DNA of 64,000 nucleotides, from positions 37,448,001 through 37,512,000 of the forward strand of contig NC_086111.1 of the NCBI RefSeq assembly GCF_963921235.1, given 5' to 3'. Positions within the stretch are counted from its first letter, which is position 1. Every line of letters starts with the position of its first letter. The DNA comes from Mobula hypostoma (taxonomy: Eukaryota). A program made the position numbers and the translations under genes. The notes beneath the pieces were generated by a model. That model saw only the letters and a list, made by a program, of their open reading frames with translations. It searched no databases and was not told the DNA's origin. Positions 36,296 to 49,232 of the stretch are shown here, one piece after another.

Positions 36296-36945
36296 GTGTT
36301 TAACTGCAAAGAAGGTACTCTCAAGACCATAAAGAATGATACCATTAAGAAAGTCTTTGACTACAAGTATCTCAGGTCAAGAATGATGAGTTCGGAGAAG
36401 GACATAAAGATATGGAAGGCGCTGGCGTGGAGGGCTATGATCGACATGAAGGAAATCTGGAAGTCAAACCTGAACAGAGGACTTAAAAGGAGGATTTTCA
36501 TAGCAGTCATTGAGTCCATTCTCATGTACGGATGCAAGACGTGGACACTCACCAAGACTATGTGTAAGTCTCTAGATGGTTGCTGTACACAAATGCTTTG
36601 GATGGCTCTTGATGTGAGTTGGCAACAGCACATGATGAACGTCAAGCTCTATAACAACCTACCGATGCTCATCACTAAAATCGAGGCGAGAAGACTGCAA
36701 CTAGCGGGGCACTGTCTACGCCACCCCGAGCTACCTGCCAGCCCAGTCATCATATGGGGGCCCAAGCATGGGAGGATGAACCCTGGGCGCCCTCCCAAGA
36801 CTATGGTCAACACGCTCCTAGAAGACAGCGGCGCGGCTAATGTAGATGAACTGAACACACTGATGAGGGAGAGGGAGAAGTGGAGAGTCCGTCATTGTGC
36901 CTGACGCCAGCCCCCTCGGCCTGAGTCGATGTACTAGTAGTGGTA
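36296..36945 (+). mobile_element. RTE-clade LINE 3' fragment (202-aa open RT C-terminus)
   Basis: DYKYLRS...IESILMYGCKTWTLTK...RRLQLAGHCLRH...GRPPKT..., followed by a short (tag)-like tail. Confidence 0.85.
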
Positions 36946-37879
36946 TGGCCATGTGTGGAATTCACTCTTAGTTTATCAGTCACTCTTATTTATCCACTTT
37001 ACTGGGTACAAATTGACAACCTCATGGAAATCACGATGAAGGACAGAATTGATATAAATTAAATAGCTTCTTTTAAAATGAGTCAGCTTATGGTAGTTGG
37101 ATTGTGGGCATCAGTTTTTTTTTCCCTATGGAGAACACAGCAGTAATTTGGATATTTATACACTAAATATTTTAAAAGATACAACTACAGATATTAATTT
37201 ATCAATACAGATATCGATTTCATGGTAAAATTACCAGAACTCTTTTGATAGTGAAACTGATGGAATTGTTTTGCTGGCTGGGTTTTCTTAAAAAGAACAT
37301 ACTGCTCTCTTTGTGAACTCTTCTTTCTGATCTCCCTGATGACATATTTGGCTGCATTCCAATACCATCTCCCTTTCTTCCTAATTGTAGTTCAGGATGT
37401 TAGCAATCAGATGATGGTACAGGACTAGCAATTAGAAATGTAGTTACATCTTCAGACTGTGCTGATGCTGTCCTGTTCCTGAGATTTGTATTTGGCTTAG
37501 TACATTGTGCTTCATTTTGAACATTATCAGTTGGTTACGATGAGAAAATCCACCGTCATCCTGTCAAATTTTATTGGCTAATACGTGTGCATACAAACCA
37601 AAGAAAATGTGTTGTAATAAGTAAATTATATTGTGGCTGCATTGCATTGTGTGACTAACTTTTACGATTTTTAATGGTGAATATCTGACAGGGAATTGGT
37701 TTTAAAGATAAACGATGTTGGGTTGCACGCAGTAAGGTTTTTTATTGAATAAAATTCTTTTGCTGTTAGTTTGAATAACTATTTCCAAGTACCTGGCAGG
37801 ATGAATGGAAGTACAAAAATATGACAAAACACAATAATGAGCTCCAGCGGATTCACCCCTCCCCCACCAATCCCTCCAC

Positions 37880-38225
37880 AAAGTTGAGATAGATAGGGCA
37901 GATGATCCGAATCATTTTCTTGTGGTAGGGGAATCAAAAACAAGAGGACACAGGTTTAAGTTGAGAGGGAGGAGTTTTATGGAGGTTTTAGGGGGGACAT
38001 TTTTACATAGGAAGTTGCGGATATATGGAACACTGTGGCAGAGGAGGTGCGAAGCCAGATACAATTATGACTCTTTAAGAGATATTTAGCAAACACTTAA
38101 ATAGGCGTGGCACAGAAGGATATGGACCCAGTGTTGGTAAATGGGATTAATGTAGATCTGCACAAAGGTTGTCGTGGACATCATGGGCCAAAGAGTCAAT
38201 TTCTCTGTTGTCCATCTCCTAACTC
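37880..38225 (+). mobile_element. CR1 LINE 3' fragment
   Basis: SKTRGHRFKLRG motif and CR1 3'UTR (tgggccaaagag...ttctctg). Confidence 0.75.
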
Positions 38226-40459
38226 CAGACCACATAGACAAACACTGAGAAGCAGCAAGTTGTAGTATGCAGTTGAGGTATTACTCAATGGAACAAAGGG
38301 AATTTGGGGCAAATATTTCACCTAATATTTGGGCAAAAATGGAATTAAAAGAATGCACAGTCTGCTAAAAAGTAAAATCAGAGTAGACAAAAATAAAGAT
38401 GTAACAGCATCCCATTGGTCACAAGGGAAGAGAATAAGTCAAGCTGTTCACATGAACTCCAAGTCAGCTCTGTGACAAAGAGCAGAGAGAATCCATTGAT
38501 TCTTTTTCTTAACTGACTTAAGACTATTAATAGATATTTGAATTTGCTTTGATTTGAAGAAATCACTTAACAGATGTCAGTTTGTGTTTGGAACCTAGCA
38601 GTTGAACCGAGAGAGTGTTTACTATATAAGTCAGAGTTAGAAAGGTGCAAAGCTATGCAAAACCAGGCTAGAAAGGTAGGATAGTTGAGAGCAGGAATTC
38701 ATCTCGTGAAGAGAGAGACAAAAGGAAGAACAGAGAAAGCATAGGCAGAGTGACATTCACGCTGGAATTGAAGCGGATAGTGATGTGATTGCTCAGAAGG
38801 AAACGTCCTGCCTATGGGAAAGAATTTGAAAAATATGGATTGGAAAATCATTTCTAGAACAGTGCATGATGAAATAGGTATCAAAAGCCCATGGAGTTGA
38901 TGGAATAAGCCATGAAGGGACAGGACAGGGTGTGATTCAGAGTACTATTTGAAATGAATGGCTCAAGATGGACGTACTCCATTTGTCTTTGTCTTTCCTT
39001 TGGATTGTCACCACATATCAGTTTTTGTAACTAAGCAGTCCCAGCACTCTGACAACACCAGTGCTGTCGTATTACTGTGAGCCTTGGGCAGTGAGCTGAC
39101 TACAGGGGGAGTATGCGGATAGGAAGTAAGGGCTTGCTTCTAGTCTGCCCTTGAGCCCCCCTGACATCCTCTACTGTTGAAGGCCTTTATACTGTTTCCA
39201 AATCTGTCCAATCATCATTAAACAGTGACAAAGGCATTAAAATAATTTTTAAAATAAGAACGATAATTTAACTCACCATTGGCTGCATAAATTAATTAGG
39301 ATCATTATTAATTAAATTAATGTTAAAAATACTTGAATTAATTTACTATGCTAATGAAGGTCAGTGGTCTGTTTTGAAATGAATGGGGCTATGCCAGTTG
39401 TGTCTATTGAGGCTGGTGGAAGATCTGGAGTCCAGATGGGAAGGATATTTTGGTGTTCAGCCCAGTACACCATGAAGCAAACACCAGACACAGTGCTGAG
39501 TCCAGTGATAGATAGGGACTTCACTGTTTAACAAACACCCATGCTTAGAGCCACAGTAAACATGGCTTTGGATATGAGAGTGTATTATCTCTCAGGCATC
39601 TTGGCCAATTCATTGACAGTCCTGAGGATATCTCATAGACATTGATCAAGATATGCAATGTTTGTACATAAATTCTGCTTGTCTTGTCCTTCTTCCACAG
39701 GGTAACTTGGCATCTCTGTGATGGGGTCTGAATGGCACCCATGCCCTTCGTTTTGTGTAAACGGACAAACATCCGGCAGACCTTTGGAAGGTCAGTGCCA
39801 CAGTTTTGCTATGACTGTACTTGTAATGGTCAGCCAGGAGACTTTCAGTAACCATCAATCAGTTGGTCAAAGGTCTTAAAATATACGTGATTAGTTTTTC
39901 ATTTCTGTACATGTAGAATCTAAGCAAATGAACAGGTCTAACACATGCCAGATGTAAATGCATTACTGTGTGTGAGAGAGATTAACATTTTTCAACAAGC
40001 TTTTATTAATCAGCAATTGTCTTTACCATTTCTAACAGAACATAGAGAATCCCTGTTATTTAACAAGCTCCAATGTATTTTTCTGTTCTTTTCTCTCCTC
40101 ACCTACCTTTCCACCCACATCCATAAGTAGTGTTTCTCCTTAGGTATGAGCTCTGTGGTGCCCATTGCTTAAAAGGCTATATATTTTTCCAACTCTGTCA
40201 GCATTTTGTGTAAATTGCTCTGACAATCATGCTGAATATCCATTAAGTCTCTCTGAATTCAGTGGCTTTAATTGTTGTCCACTGAGAGCTTAATGCTGTT
40301 ACTGTAACACAATGCTTTGCAATAAAATCTAATGAGTTTTAAGTGGTAAACTTTTCCAATGGATAATGAAATCTCTCTGCTTGAAAGGTGATTAAAGGTT
40401 ATGGTTGTATTTCTAAGTTCTCTTTATATTCCTGAAAGTCTAAAAAATATCTGCTGATG

Positions 40460-40580
40460 CCGGAATACTGCAAAAAAAGCAGAAAATGCTGGAAACATGC
40501 AGCAGTTCACTGTAGACAGAGAGCGAGAGAAAGTTAACATTTCAGATTGACTACCAATCACCAGTATCAGGGCTGGAAAA
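40460..40580 (-). mobile_element. Old Penelope pLTR remnant
   Basis: ctgctgatgccggaa...agaaaatgctggaaacatgcagcag matches the pLTR end on the minus strand; hammerhead core decayed. Confidence 0.55.
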
Positions 40581-41639
40581 GAGGATAAACAATTTGGGTT
40601 GAAATTGCTGAGTGGATGGGGATGTATGGAAAAAGCAATGAGAATATCTCTGATTGGCTGAGGCTATGATTGCCATTGGGATAAATTGTAAATGAAAAAG
40701 TGGAAGTGAGTTTTAGTCAATGCCTTCAATCCTTAAAGCATTTACTGATTTTATTTATGAGCAAATATTAGCTTGGGTCCCTGTGCTTCTCTAAATATTC
40801 TTTGCATTTGATTTATTAGAATGGGCCACTGCATTTTCTTTGGATTAATCTTTGTACTTACTGTGTTGATAGTGAAATATCAGAAGGAAACATCCTGAAT
40901 AAAGATATTAATCATGCTGCTATCAACTCCAAGTCACAAGACTTCAACCACTAGATGAAAGACATTCTACACATTAGCCATTGATTTTAATGGGCTAGTG
41001 CAGTTGTGATAATTAAGTATTCAACATTGTTTAGCTAAGACCTCTCTGCAGCAATTTAACAGTCCCAGCGAACTATGGCACTATGTCAATCACACCACTA
41101 TTTCGTAAGGTATCTGCACCACAATGATGGAATATGTAATAGAAGCATCATACTATGGTGCAACATTTAATCAAATTCTGGCCTGTAAATTAATTGTATT
41201 GGCCTTAATAACTTCTTAAAATTTTATGAAGGTAAGAAAAAAATGAAATGATGCAAATAGATGTTAATGTAACAGAATTAATATTAATAAAGAGGAGAAT
41301 TTGCATTTATATTCCATCAGATGGAATTTAAATATTTAGTTTTCTAAATTATCACCGCATGTGAAGGGTTATATTAAATCAAAGGATTAAACTTGGAATT
41401 TTCACCAAACAGTACACAAAGAAAATTTTCATGTTATGTAAATCCCCATGTGTGAGCTCGTTAATTTTTGAAGTCAAGGGTGGTACATTAACCCACTATA
41501 TCAGAAATCCTATTTAATTAGGCTTAAATGAATCAATCATTTCAATGTGTGCAGCCTTAAAGATATCGTGCATGCCAGTGCATACTGAATGTTCTAAATC
41601 TTGACATCTATTATTTATGTTAGAACAAACAAATCTGGA

Positions 41640-42280
41640 AGCGAAGCTCTGCTGTCTCTTATGTTGCAAGATTTAATTTTGTAGGAGATTATGGTTTTCC
41701 AACCCTGCTACAGCTGTTGAGCATCTTTCGTTGATCCCAATCTAGTGCAGTCCAGATCTCCACTTTGCCTGAGAGGCTGCTTTCCAGAGATCATACCTGC
41801 ACCTCTTGCAGCATTCTTGATCTCTAGACTTGAATGTCTCTGATCTGGCTCTCAGCAAATTCTGGACTTTGTTGTTCATCCAGGACTTCTGACTGGGGAC
41901 ATACTCATCCACAGCTGTCTTAATAAAGTCTGCAATGACCCTGGTGTCGTCATTCAGGTCCTCAAATGAGTTCCTGAACATGGCCCAGTCTACTGACTCA
42001 AGGCAATCCCGTAAACGTTCCTCTGCCTCCCGTGACCACATCTTGGTTGTCTTGATCTCAGGACCATTGCCCTTTACGCCCTCTCTGTATGCAGGTAGTA
42101 GGAGTACAGCCAAATGATCCAATTTGCCAAAATGAAGTCCCGGGGAGGAACAATATGCATTCCTTATCATAGTGTAGCAGTGGTCTAGTGTGTTGGGATC
42201 TCTGGTGCAACAGGTTACGTGCTGGTGATAATTGGGCAAGATTTTCTACAAACAGGCCTGGTTAAAGTCACTGACTATAA
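41640..42280 (-). mobile_element. Rex1/Babar-like LINE internal fragment (endonuclease end and linker)
   Basis: NYHQHVTCCTRDPNTLDHCY...FGKLDHLAVLLLPAYR...LRDCLESVDW...KSWMN. Confidence 0.85.
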
Positions 42281-42719
42281 AGCAAGGACCTAGCTGAAAA
42301 GCTTGTTTATATAAAAATACATAAAGATTTTCTGACTTAAAGCCTGATTAAAAAATTCAGCATTATTATTGCGTTCCCCGTAGTAACCCTAGATACAAAT
42401 TTTTGTTAATTTTTGGTTTGTGAATTATGTATTTTTCATATCTTATTCAACATTAACAAGGTTAATACTAAGTTGAACCACTGGGTAGTTTCTTGAATTT
42501 GTATTCTTAGCTTTGATGAAGTTAGAGACCCTCCATTGGTCAAGGTCAGCCATGGATGTCGCATCCTAGCTGTCTGTGTGATATGCAAGCCTGATCTTGA
42601 GGCTTTAGCTCTTCAAGGCTTCAGCAAAGCGAGGCTTCAGTCAGAGAAAGCAAAAAAACAGAAAAGCTCAAGGTTAGGCTTTTTTTTTCTCCTTCCCTTC
42701 TTTACATCTGCTCAGCTAG

Positions 42720-44361
42720 GACATCAGTGATGCCAGGCAGAATAGTTGAGCGCTCCTCTTGCAGGACGTGGTGAGGCAGGGAGACCTCCAGTGTTCCTGA
42801 TGACTATGGCTGCGAGAAATGCATCCAGCTGCAGCTCCTAAATATCTGCATCAAGGAGTAAGAGCAGGGACCGGATGAACTCGAGATTATTCGGGAGGAT
42901 GAGGGATTGATATATAGAACATATGGAGAGGTAGTTATACCCAAGATGCAGGACACAGAAAAGTGGGTGATAGCCAGAAAGGGGAAAGTGCTTAATGAGC
43001 CATTGCAGAGTACCCCTGTGGCCATTCCCCTCAACAGCAGGTATATCACTTTGGATACTGTTGGCGGGTGGGGGGGGGGGGAGTGGTCTAACAGAGGAAA
43101 GTCACAGTGTTTAGTCTCTAGTACCGCGTCTGCCTCTGTGACCCAGGAGGGAAGGGGGAAGAAGGGGCACACTGTGATGATAGGGGATTCATTAGTTCTG
43201 TGGATGAGAACAAGATTCCCAGTTGGTATGTTGCCTCCCATGTGCCAGGGCCTGGGATACCTTGGTTTGAGTCCTCAGCATTCTTAAGTGAGAGGGTGAG
43301 CTGCCAGAAGTCATGGTCTGTGTAGGTACCAATGACATGGGTAGGATGAATGATGAGGCTCTGCATAGAGTTCAGGGAGTTAGGTGCTTAGTTAAAGGGC
43401 AAGACCGCAGGGTTGTGATCTCAGGATTGCTACCCGTGCCACATGCTAGTGAGGCCAGAACTAGGAAGATTATACAGTTTAATAGGTGGCTAAGGAGTTG
43501 GTGTAGGAGGGAGGGCAAAATATTTTTGGAACTTTGGGCTCTCTTCCAGGGAAGCTGGGACCAGTACAGAAGGGACAGCTTGCAACTGAACTGGAGGAAG
43601 ATGAATATCCTAGCGGGAAGTTTTGTTAATGCTCCATGGTGGGGTTTAAACTAGACTTTCAAGGGGATGGGAACCAGAATGCCAGAACAGGTGGTGGAGA
43701 CATTGTGGAGGCAGATGTTGGTAAGACCTCAGACAAAGTTATGAATCAAAAGGATGAGCATGGTGTGACTAGTGTCCTGAGCTGCCTATATTTCAAAGCA
43801 AGAAATATCACAGGAAAAGCAGATAATAGTGCAGAAGATGAGGTAGCTGGTTTACAAACAGAGGCAATGTGTAGTGAGGACCGGCTATTGATAGGGCAAA
43901 ATTGCAGTCAACAGGATGAGCTGCAACATAAAAGGCAGACAAAGTTGAAAAGGATGAATACAGGATTGAAGGTGTTATACTTGAATGTGCGCAGTATATG
44001 GAATAAGGTAGATGAACTTCCAGCACAGTTGCAGATTGGCAGGTATGATGTTGTAGGCATTATTAAGTCACGGCTGAAAGAAGATTATAGCCGGGAGCTT
44101 AATGTGCAAGGATACACATTGTATTGAAAGGACAGGCAGGAAGGTAGATGGGGTGGCATTGCACTGTTGGTAAAAAATGAAATCAAATCATGAGAAAGAG
44201 GTGACATAGGGTCGGAAGGTGTTGAATCATTGTGGATAGAGCTAAGGAACTGAAGAGTAAGGAGACCCTGATGGGAGTTGTATACAGATCCCGAAACAGT
44301 AGTAAGGATGTGGCCTACAAATTACAACGGAAGATAGAAAATGCATGCCAAAAAGGCAATA
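42720..44361 (+). mobile_element. CR1 LINE 5' part (ORF1 zinc finger and SGNH esterase, ORF2 endonuclease start)
   Basis: CEKCIQLQLL; VMIGDSLV; VCVGTNDMGR...VVISGLLPVP...RRDSLQLN; LKVLYLNVRSIWNKVDEL. Confidence 0.88.
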
Positions 44362-46818
44362 TCAGAATCAGAAATAAAGAACAGGTTTATTATCACCGGC
44401 ATGTGTCGTGAAAATTGTTAACTTAGCAGCAGCAGGTCAATGCAATACATGATAACATAGAAAGAGGAAAATAAATAAATAAATAAACAAACAAACAAAC
44501 AAACAAACAAACAAATGCCATACTAGATCTAGTACTAGGTAATGAACCGGGTCAGGTCACAGATCTCTCAGTGGGTGAGCATCTGGGGGACAGTGACCAC
44601 CGCTCCCTGGCCTTTACCATTATCATGGAAAAGGATAGAATCAGAGAGGACAGGAAAATTTTTAATTGGGGAAGAGAAAATTATGATGTTATAAGGCTAG
44701 AACTTGCGGGTGTGAATTGGGATGATGTTTTTGCAGGGAAATGTATAATGGACATGTGGTCGATGTTTAGGGATCTCTTGCAGGATGTTAGGGATAAATT
44801 TGTTCCGGTGAGGAAGATAAAGAATGGTAGGGTGAAGGAACCATGGGTGACAAATGAGGTGGAAAATCTAGTCAGGTGGAAGAAGGCAGCATACATGAGG
44901 TTTAGGAAGCAAGGGTCAGATGGGTTTATTGACGAATATAGGGTAGCAAGAAAGCTTAAGAAGGGGCTGAGAAGAGCAAGAAGGGGGCATGAGAAGGCCT
45001 TGGCGAGCAGGGTAAAGGGAAACCCCAAGGCATTCTTCAATTATGTGAAGAACAAAAGGATGACAGGGGTGAAGGTAGAACCAATTAGAGATAAAGGTGG
45101 GAAGATGTGCCTGGAGACTGTAGAAGTGAGTGAGGTCCTCAATGAATCCTTCTCTTCGGTATTCACCAATGAGAGGGAACTTGATGACGGTGAGGACAAT
45201 ATGAGTGAGGTTGATGTTCTGGAGCATGTTGATATTAAGGGAGAGCAGGTGTTGGAGTTGTTAAAATACATTAGGACGGATAAGTCCCCGGGGCCTGTCG
45301 GAATATTCCCCAGGCTGCTCCACAAGGCGAGGGAAGAGATTGCTGAGCCTCTGGCTAGGACCTTTATGTCCTCGTTGTCCACGGGAATGGTACTGGAGGA
45401 GTGGAAGGAGGCAAATGTTATCCTCTTGTTCAAAAAAGATAGTAGGGATAGTCCGGGTAATTATAGACCAGTGAGCCTTACGTCTATGGTCAGAAAGCTG
45501 TTGGAAAAGATTCTTAGAGATAGGATCTCTGGGCATTTAGAGAATCATGGTCTGATCAGGGACAGTCAGCATGGCTTTGTGAAAGGCAGATCATGTCTAA
45601 CAAGCCTGATAGAGTTCTTTGAGGAGGTGACCAGGCATATAGATGAGGGTAGTGCAGTGGATGTGATCTACATGGATTTTAGTAAGGCATTTGACAAGGT
45701 TCCATATGGTAGGCTTATTTAGAACGTCAGAAGGCATGGGATCCAGGGAAGTTTGGCCAGGTGTATTCAGAATTGGCTTGCCTGCAGAAGGCAGAGGGTT
45801 GTGGTGGAGAGTGTACATTCGGATTGGAGGGTTGTTACTAGTGGTGTCCCACAAGGATCTGTTCTGGGATCTACTTTTCATGATTTTTATTAACAACCTG
45901 GATGTGGGGGTAGAAGGGTGAGTTGGCAAGTTTGCAGATGACACAAAGGTTGGTGGTGTTGTAGATAGTGTGGAGGATTGTCGAAGATTGCAGAGAGACA
46001 TTGATAGGATGCAGAAGTGGGCTGAGAAGTGGCAGATGGAGTTCAACCTGGAGAAGTGTGAGGTGGTACACCCCAGAAGGACAAACTCCAAGGCAGAGTA
46101 CAAAGTAAATGGCAAGATACTTGGTAGTGTGGAGGAGCAGAGGGATCTGGGTGTACATGTCCACAGATCCCTGAAAGTTGCCTCACAGGTAGATAGGGTA
46201 GTTAAGAAAGCTTATGGGGTGTTAGCTTTCATAAGTCGAGGGATAGAGTTTCAGAGTCACGGGGTAATGATGCAGCTCTGTAAAACTCTGGTTAGGCCAC
46301 ACTTGGAAGTACTGTGTCCAGTTCTGGTTGCCTCACTATAGGAAGGATGTGGAAGCATTGGAAAGGGTACGGAGGAGATTTACCAGGATGCTGCCTGGTT
46401 TAGAGAGTATGGATTATGATCAGAGATTAAGGGAGCTAGGGCTTTACTCTTTGGAGAGAAGGGGGATGTGTCATGGTCCCTTCTGGCAATCCCCCAACTT
46501 GCCATTTGCCTCAAGAATTGGGCCTCAATCACCTCATTTAGATTCCAATCTTTCCCAGTTTCCACTAACTACACGCACCTGCTTCCCATCAGAAATGGCA
46601 GGATAAAAACCCTGTGACCACCTTAAGAAGCTGCCAGTTTGTTGGTTGACTCTTGTGAGAGTAAACCTTGTTTCCTATTCCTGAGAACTGTTAGTTCTAA
46701 GCTTCGCATTGTCTCCTGGATATCGGCTCCCCGTTTGCGGAGGTGCTACATCTAACGATTCTGCTTCAGCATCTGTGTCCTGCACTTGGGTTCGTCCCCA
46801 GCCACGTCCTTGCAACAG

Positions 46819-46829
46819 AATGAATTGGC
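46819..46829 (+). promoter_or_regulatory. Self-priming primer-binding site
   Basis: AATGAATTGGC pairs 11/11 (three G-U) with LTR 46633-46643 GCCAGTTTGTT, about 25-30 nt downstream of the TATA-like GATAAAAA; no TGG tRNA-type PBS follows the LTR. Confidence 0.65.
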
Positions 46830-48178
46830 CAAGCATAAACCCAGCTGACATGGACTCCGTGCAACAGGCCCTGGTCAGCCAGGGCTACCTATTGGGCGCC
46901 CAGGACCAACTACTTCAGGAGATCACAGAAAACCTTTGGACACTGTCCCTGAATGTACAGAAGATCAGTGAACAAGCAGACTGGCTCGCTGCTTCTTTTC
47001 TTCTGTTCCCTCCAAGAACCCTGGCTACCCAAACCGCACCGCTCGGGATGACTTCACCCCTGGAAGCAGCAACACCACGCCCTCGAGAGCCGTATGTACC
47101 CGAGCCCGAACCCTACACCGGGGACCTAGGTAGGTGCCGGGCTTTCCTGTTACAATGCCCCCTAGTCTTTGAGCTGCAGCACGTACCTCCACTTCTGATA
47201 AATCAAAGATTGTGTACATCATGGGGCTGCTATGCGGGGATTCCTTGGCTTGGGTAACCGCGATATGGGTCAACTGACCAGAGATTTGTTCCTCCTACTC
47301 CTCCTTTGTCGCTGAAATGAGGAAATATTCGAGCAATCCATTCGGGGTAAGGACGCCGCGAAATGGTTGCTTACTCTTCACCAAGCTTCGTGAAGTGTGG
47401 CCAAGTATTCCATTGAGTTCCAGACCTTGTCATTCCACCTGGAGTCTGCAGCTGAGGCCCTACGGGAGGTGTTCCGACAGGGCCTCTCGGACAAGATAAA
47501 GGATGAGTTGGCCGCGAGGGACGACACAGACGGTCTGGACTTGTTGATATCACTAGCCGTTCGATTAGATTATTGACTTCAGGAACGTCTGAGAGAAAAG
47601 CCCAGTTGCCCCGCTCCTCGGGTCAGTACATGTCCCACCTTACCATCTTCTATCAGCACTAACCACTCTCTTCCCCCTGTTCCTTACAGAAAACCTGCTC
47701 CTACTGTCCTGGTGAATCAAATGACCCTCCCTTCAGCAACCAAGACTCGGATGCAGATCCCAACAACCGTGAATTACCAACAACTGTCCCTGTCCCTATC
47801 AGTTTTGGTGGATTCCGGTGCTGAGGGCAATCTGCTGGACGAAGAGATAGCCACCCAGGCCAGAATACCTCGTGAGCTGCTAACCACCCCCTGGAGACCT
47901 GGGCCTTGGACGGAAAACTACTGGCTCAGGTGACCCACCGTACGCCGCCCCAGACCTTGATCCTATCCGGCAACCATCGGGAAGAGGCAAGATTCAGCCT
48001 CATTCATTCACCTCAAGCCCCGCTAGTTCTAGGGTATCCATGCCTGACCCAACACAATCCCCATATCGACTGGTCTATCGGGAGGATAGCAAAATGGAGC
48101 CCATCTTGCCATGCCAACTGTCTGCGGTTGGCCCCATCCCCCCCAGAGAGGCTACTGTGACCCTGCCTGTGTTGGAAC

Positions 48179-48727
48179 TATTGGAAAATGTAAATGCACG
48201 CATTGTAGTTTCAAAATGTAAATGCACATATTGTATTTTCTACAGTATTTACTATGTAACCACTGTTAGCCCATTAGAAGGTATTCACTATGCAGCCATG
48301 ACTTTTGACCTGTTCACTATTAATTCATGAGAGAACTAGAATGAAATCAAGTAGAAAGATAATGGTGGCGGGTAAGATGATGAAATATGTGGCAGTATGT
48401 CAATGCAAGACTAATTAAGAAATAACTGTGGTTAGAGATGAGAAGACATATAGTCTAAAATGTAAACTAGGACATAATTAACTTGGGGCGTAAAACAATA
48501 GTAGAAAGTCAAGAGCGAATATATTGATGATATGTAATCACAGGCCAATTGGATATGATAATGTAGCTAAGATAGAAGAATAGCTATGAAATGTTATGTA
48601 CAAGAATCGGCGGGCAATCAGCGACTAGCTCACTGACTGTCTCAGCTTTGATTTGCAAATTAAAGTTTGAAACTTCCTGAATTTTCTGCGTCTCCTTGTC
48701 GTTTGTGAGAAACGAGAAACCACGACA
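48179..48727 (+). mobile_element. Solo LTR nested in the Gypsy protease-RT linker
   Basis: 4-bp TSD GAAC (48175-48178 and 48728-48731); TA(TG)...CA ends; removing it restores VTLPVLE|PLNLSRVP. Confidence 0.8.
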
Positions 48728-49136
48728 GAACCCCTCAACTTGTCCCGCGTCCCCACAGAGTACCATGACTTGGGACTGGTGTTCAGTAAACAACGGGCCC
48801 TTTCCCTGCCTCCGCACCGCCCATAGGATTCTGCCATCGACCTTCTCCCCGGGGCCCCGCTTTTTCAACCTATCCCGACCGGAGAGGGAGGCCATGGAGA
48901 AATACATTAGCGAGTCTCTCGCGGGCGGGCATTATTAGACCTTCATCCTCGCCGGTAGGCGCCGGGTTTTTTTTGTAGAAAAGGACCGGACGCTTCGCCC
49001 TTGTATCGACTACCGAGGCTTAAATAACATAACAGTTGAGAACAAGTACCCTCTACCACTCATTAGTTCGGCTTTTGAGCCACCGCATGGAGCCACTATC
49101 TTTTCGAAGTTGGACCTTCGCAACGCCTACCTTTGA

Positions 49137-49232
<96 letters not shown>

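Noticed and set aside
44571-45722. 383-aa ORF, the longest in the window, as a functional gene
   Set aside because: It is part of a 5'-truncated CR1 ORF2 that has downstream stops and frameshifts and a Gypsy insertion.
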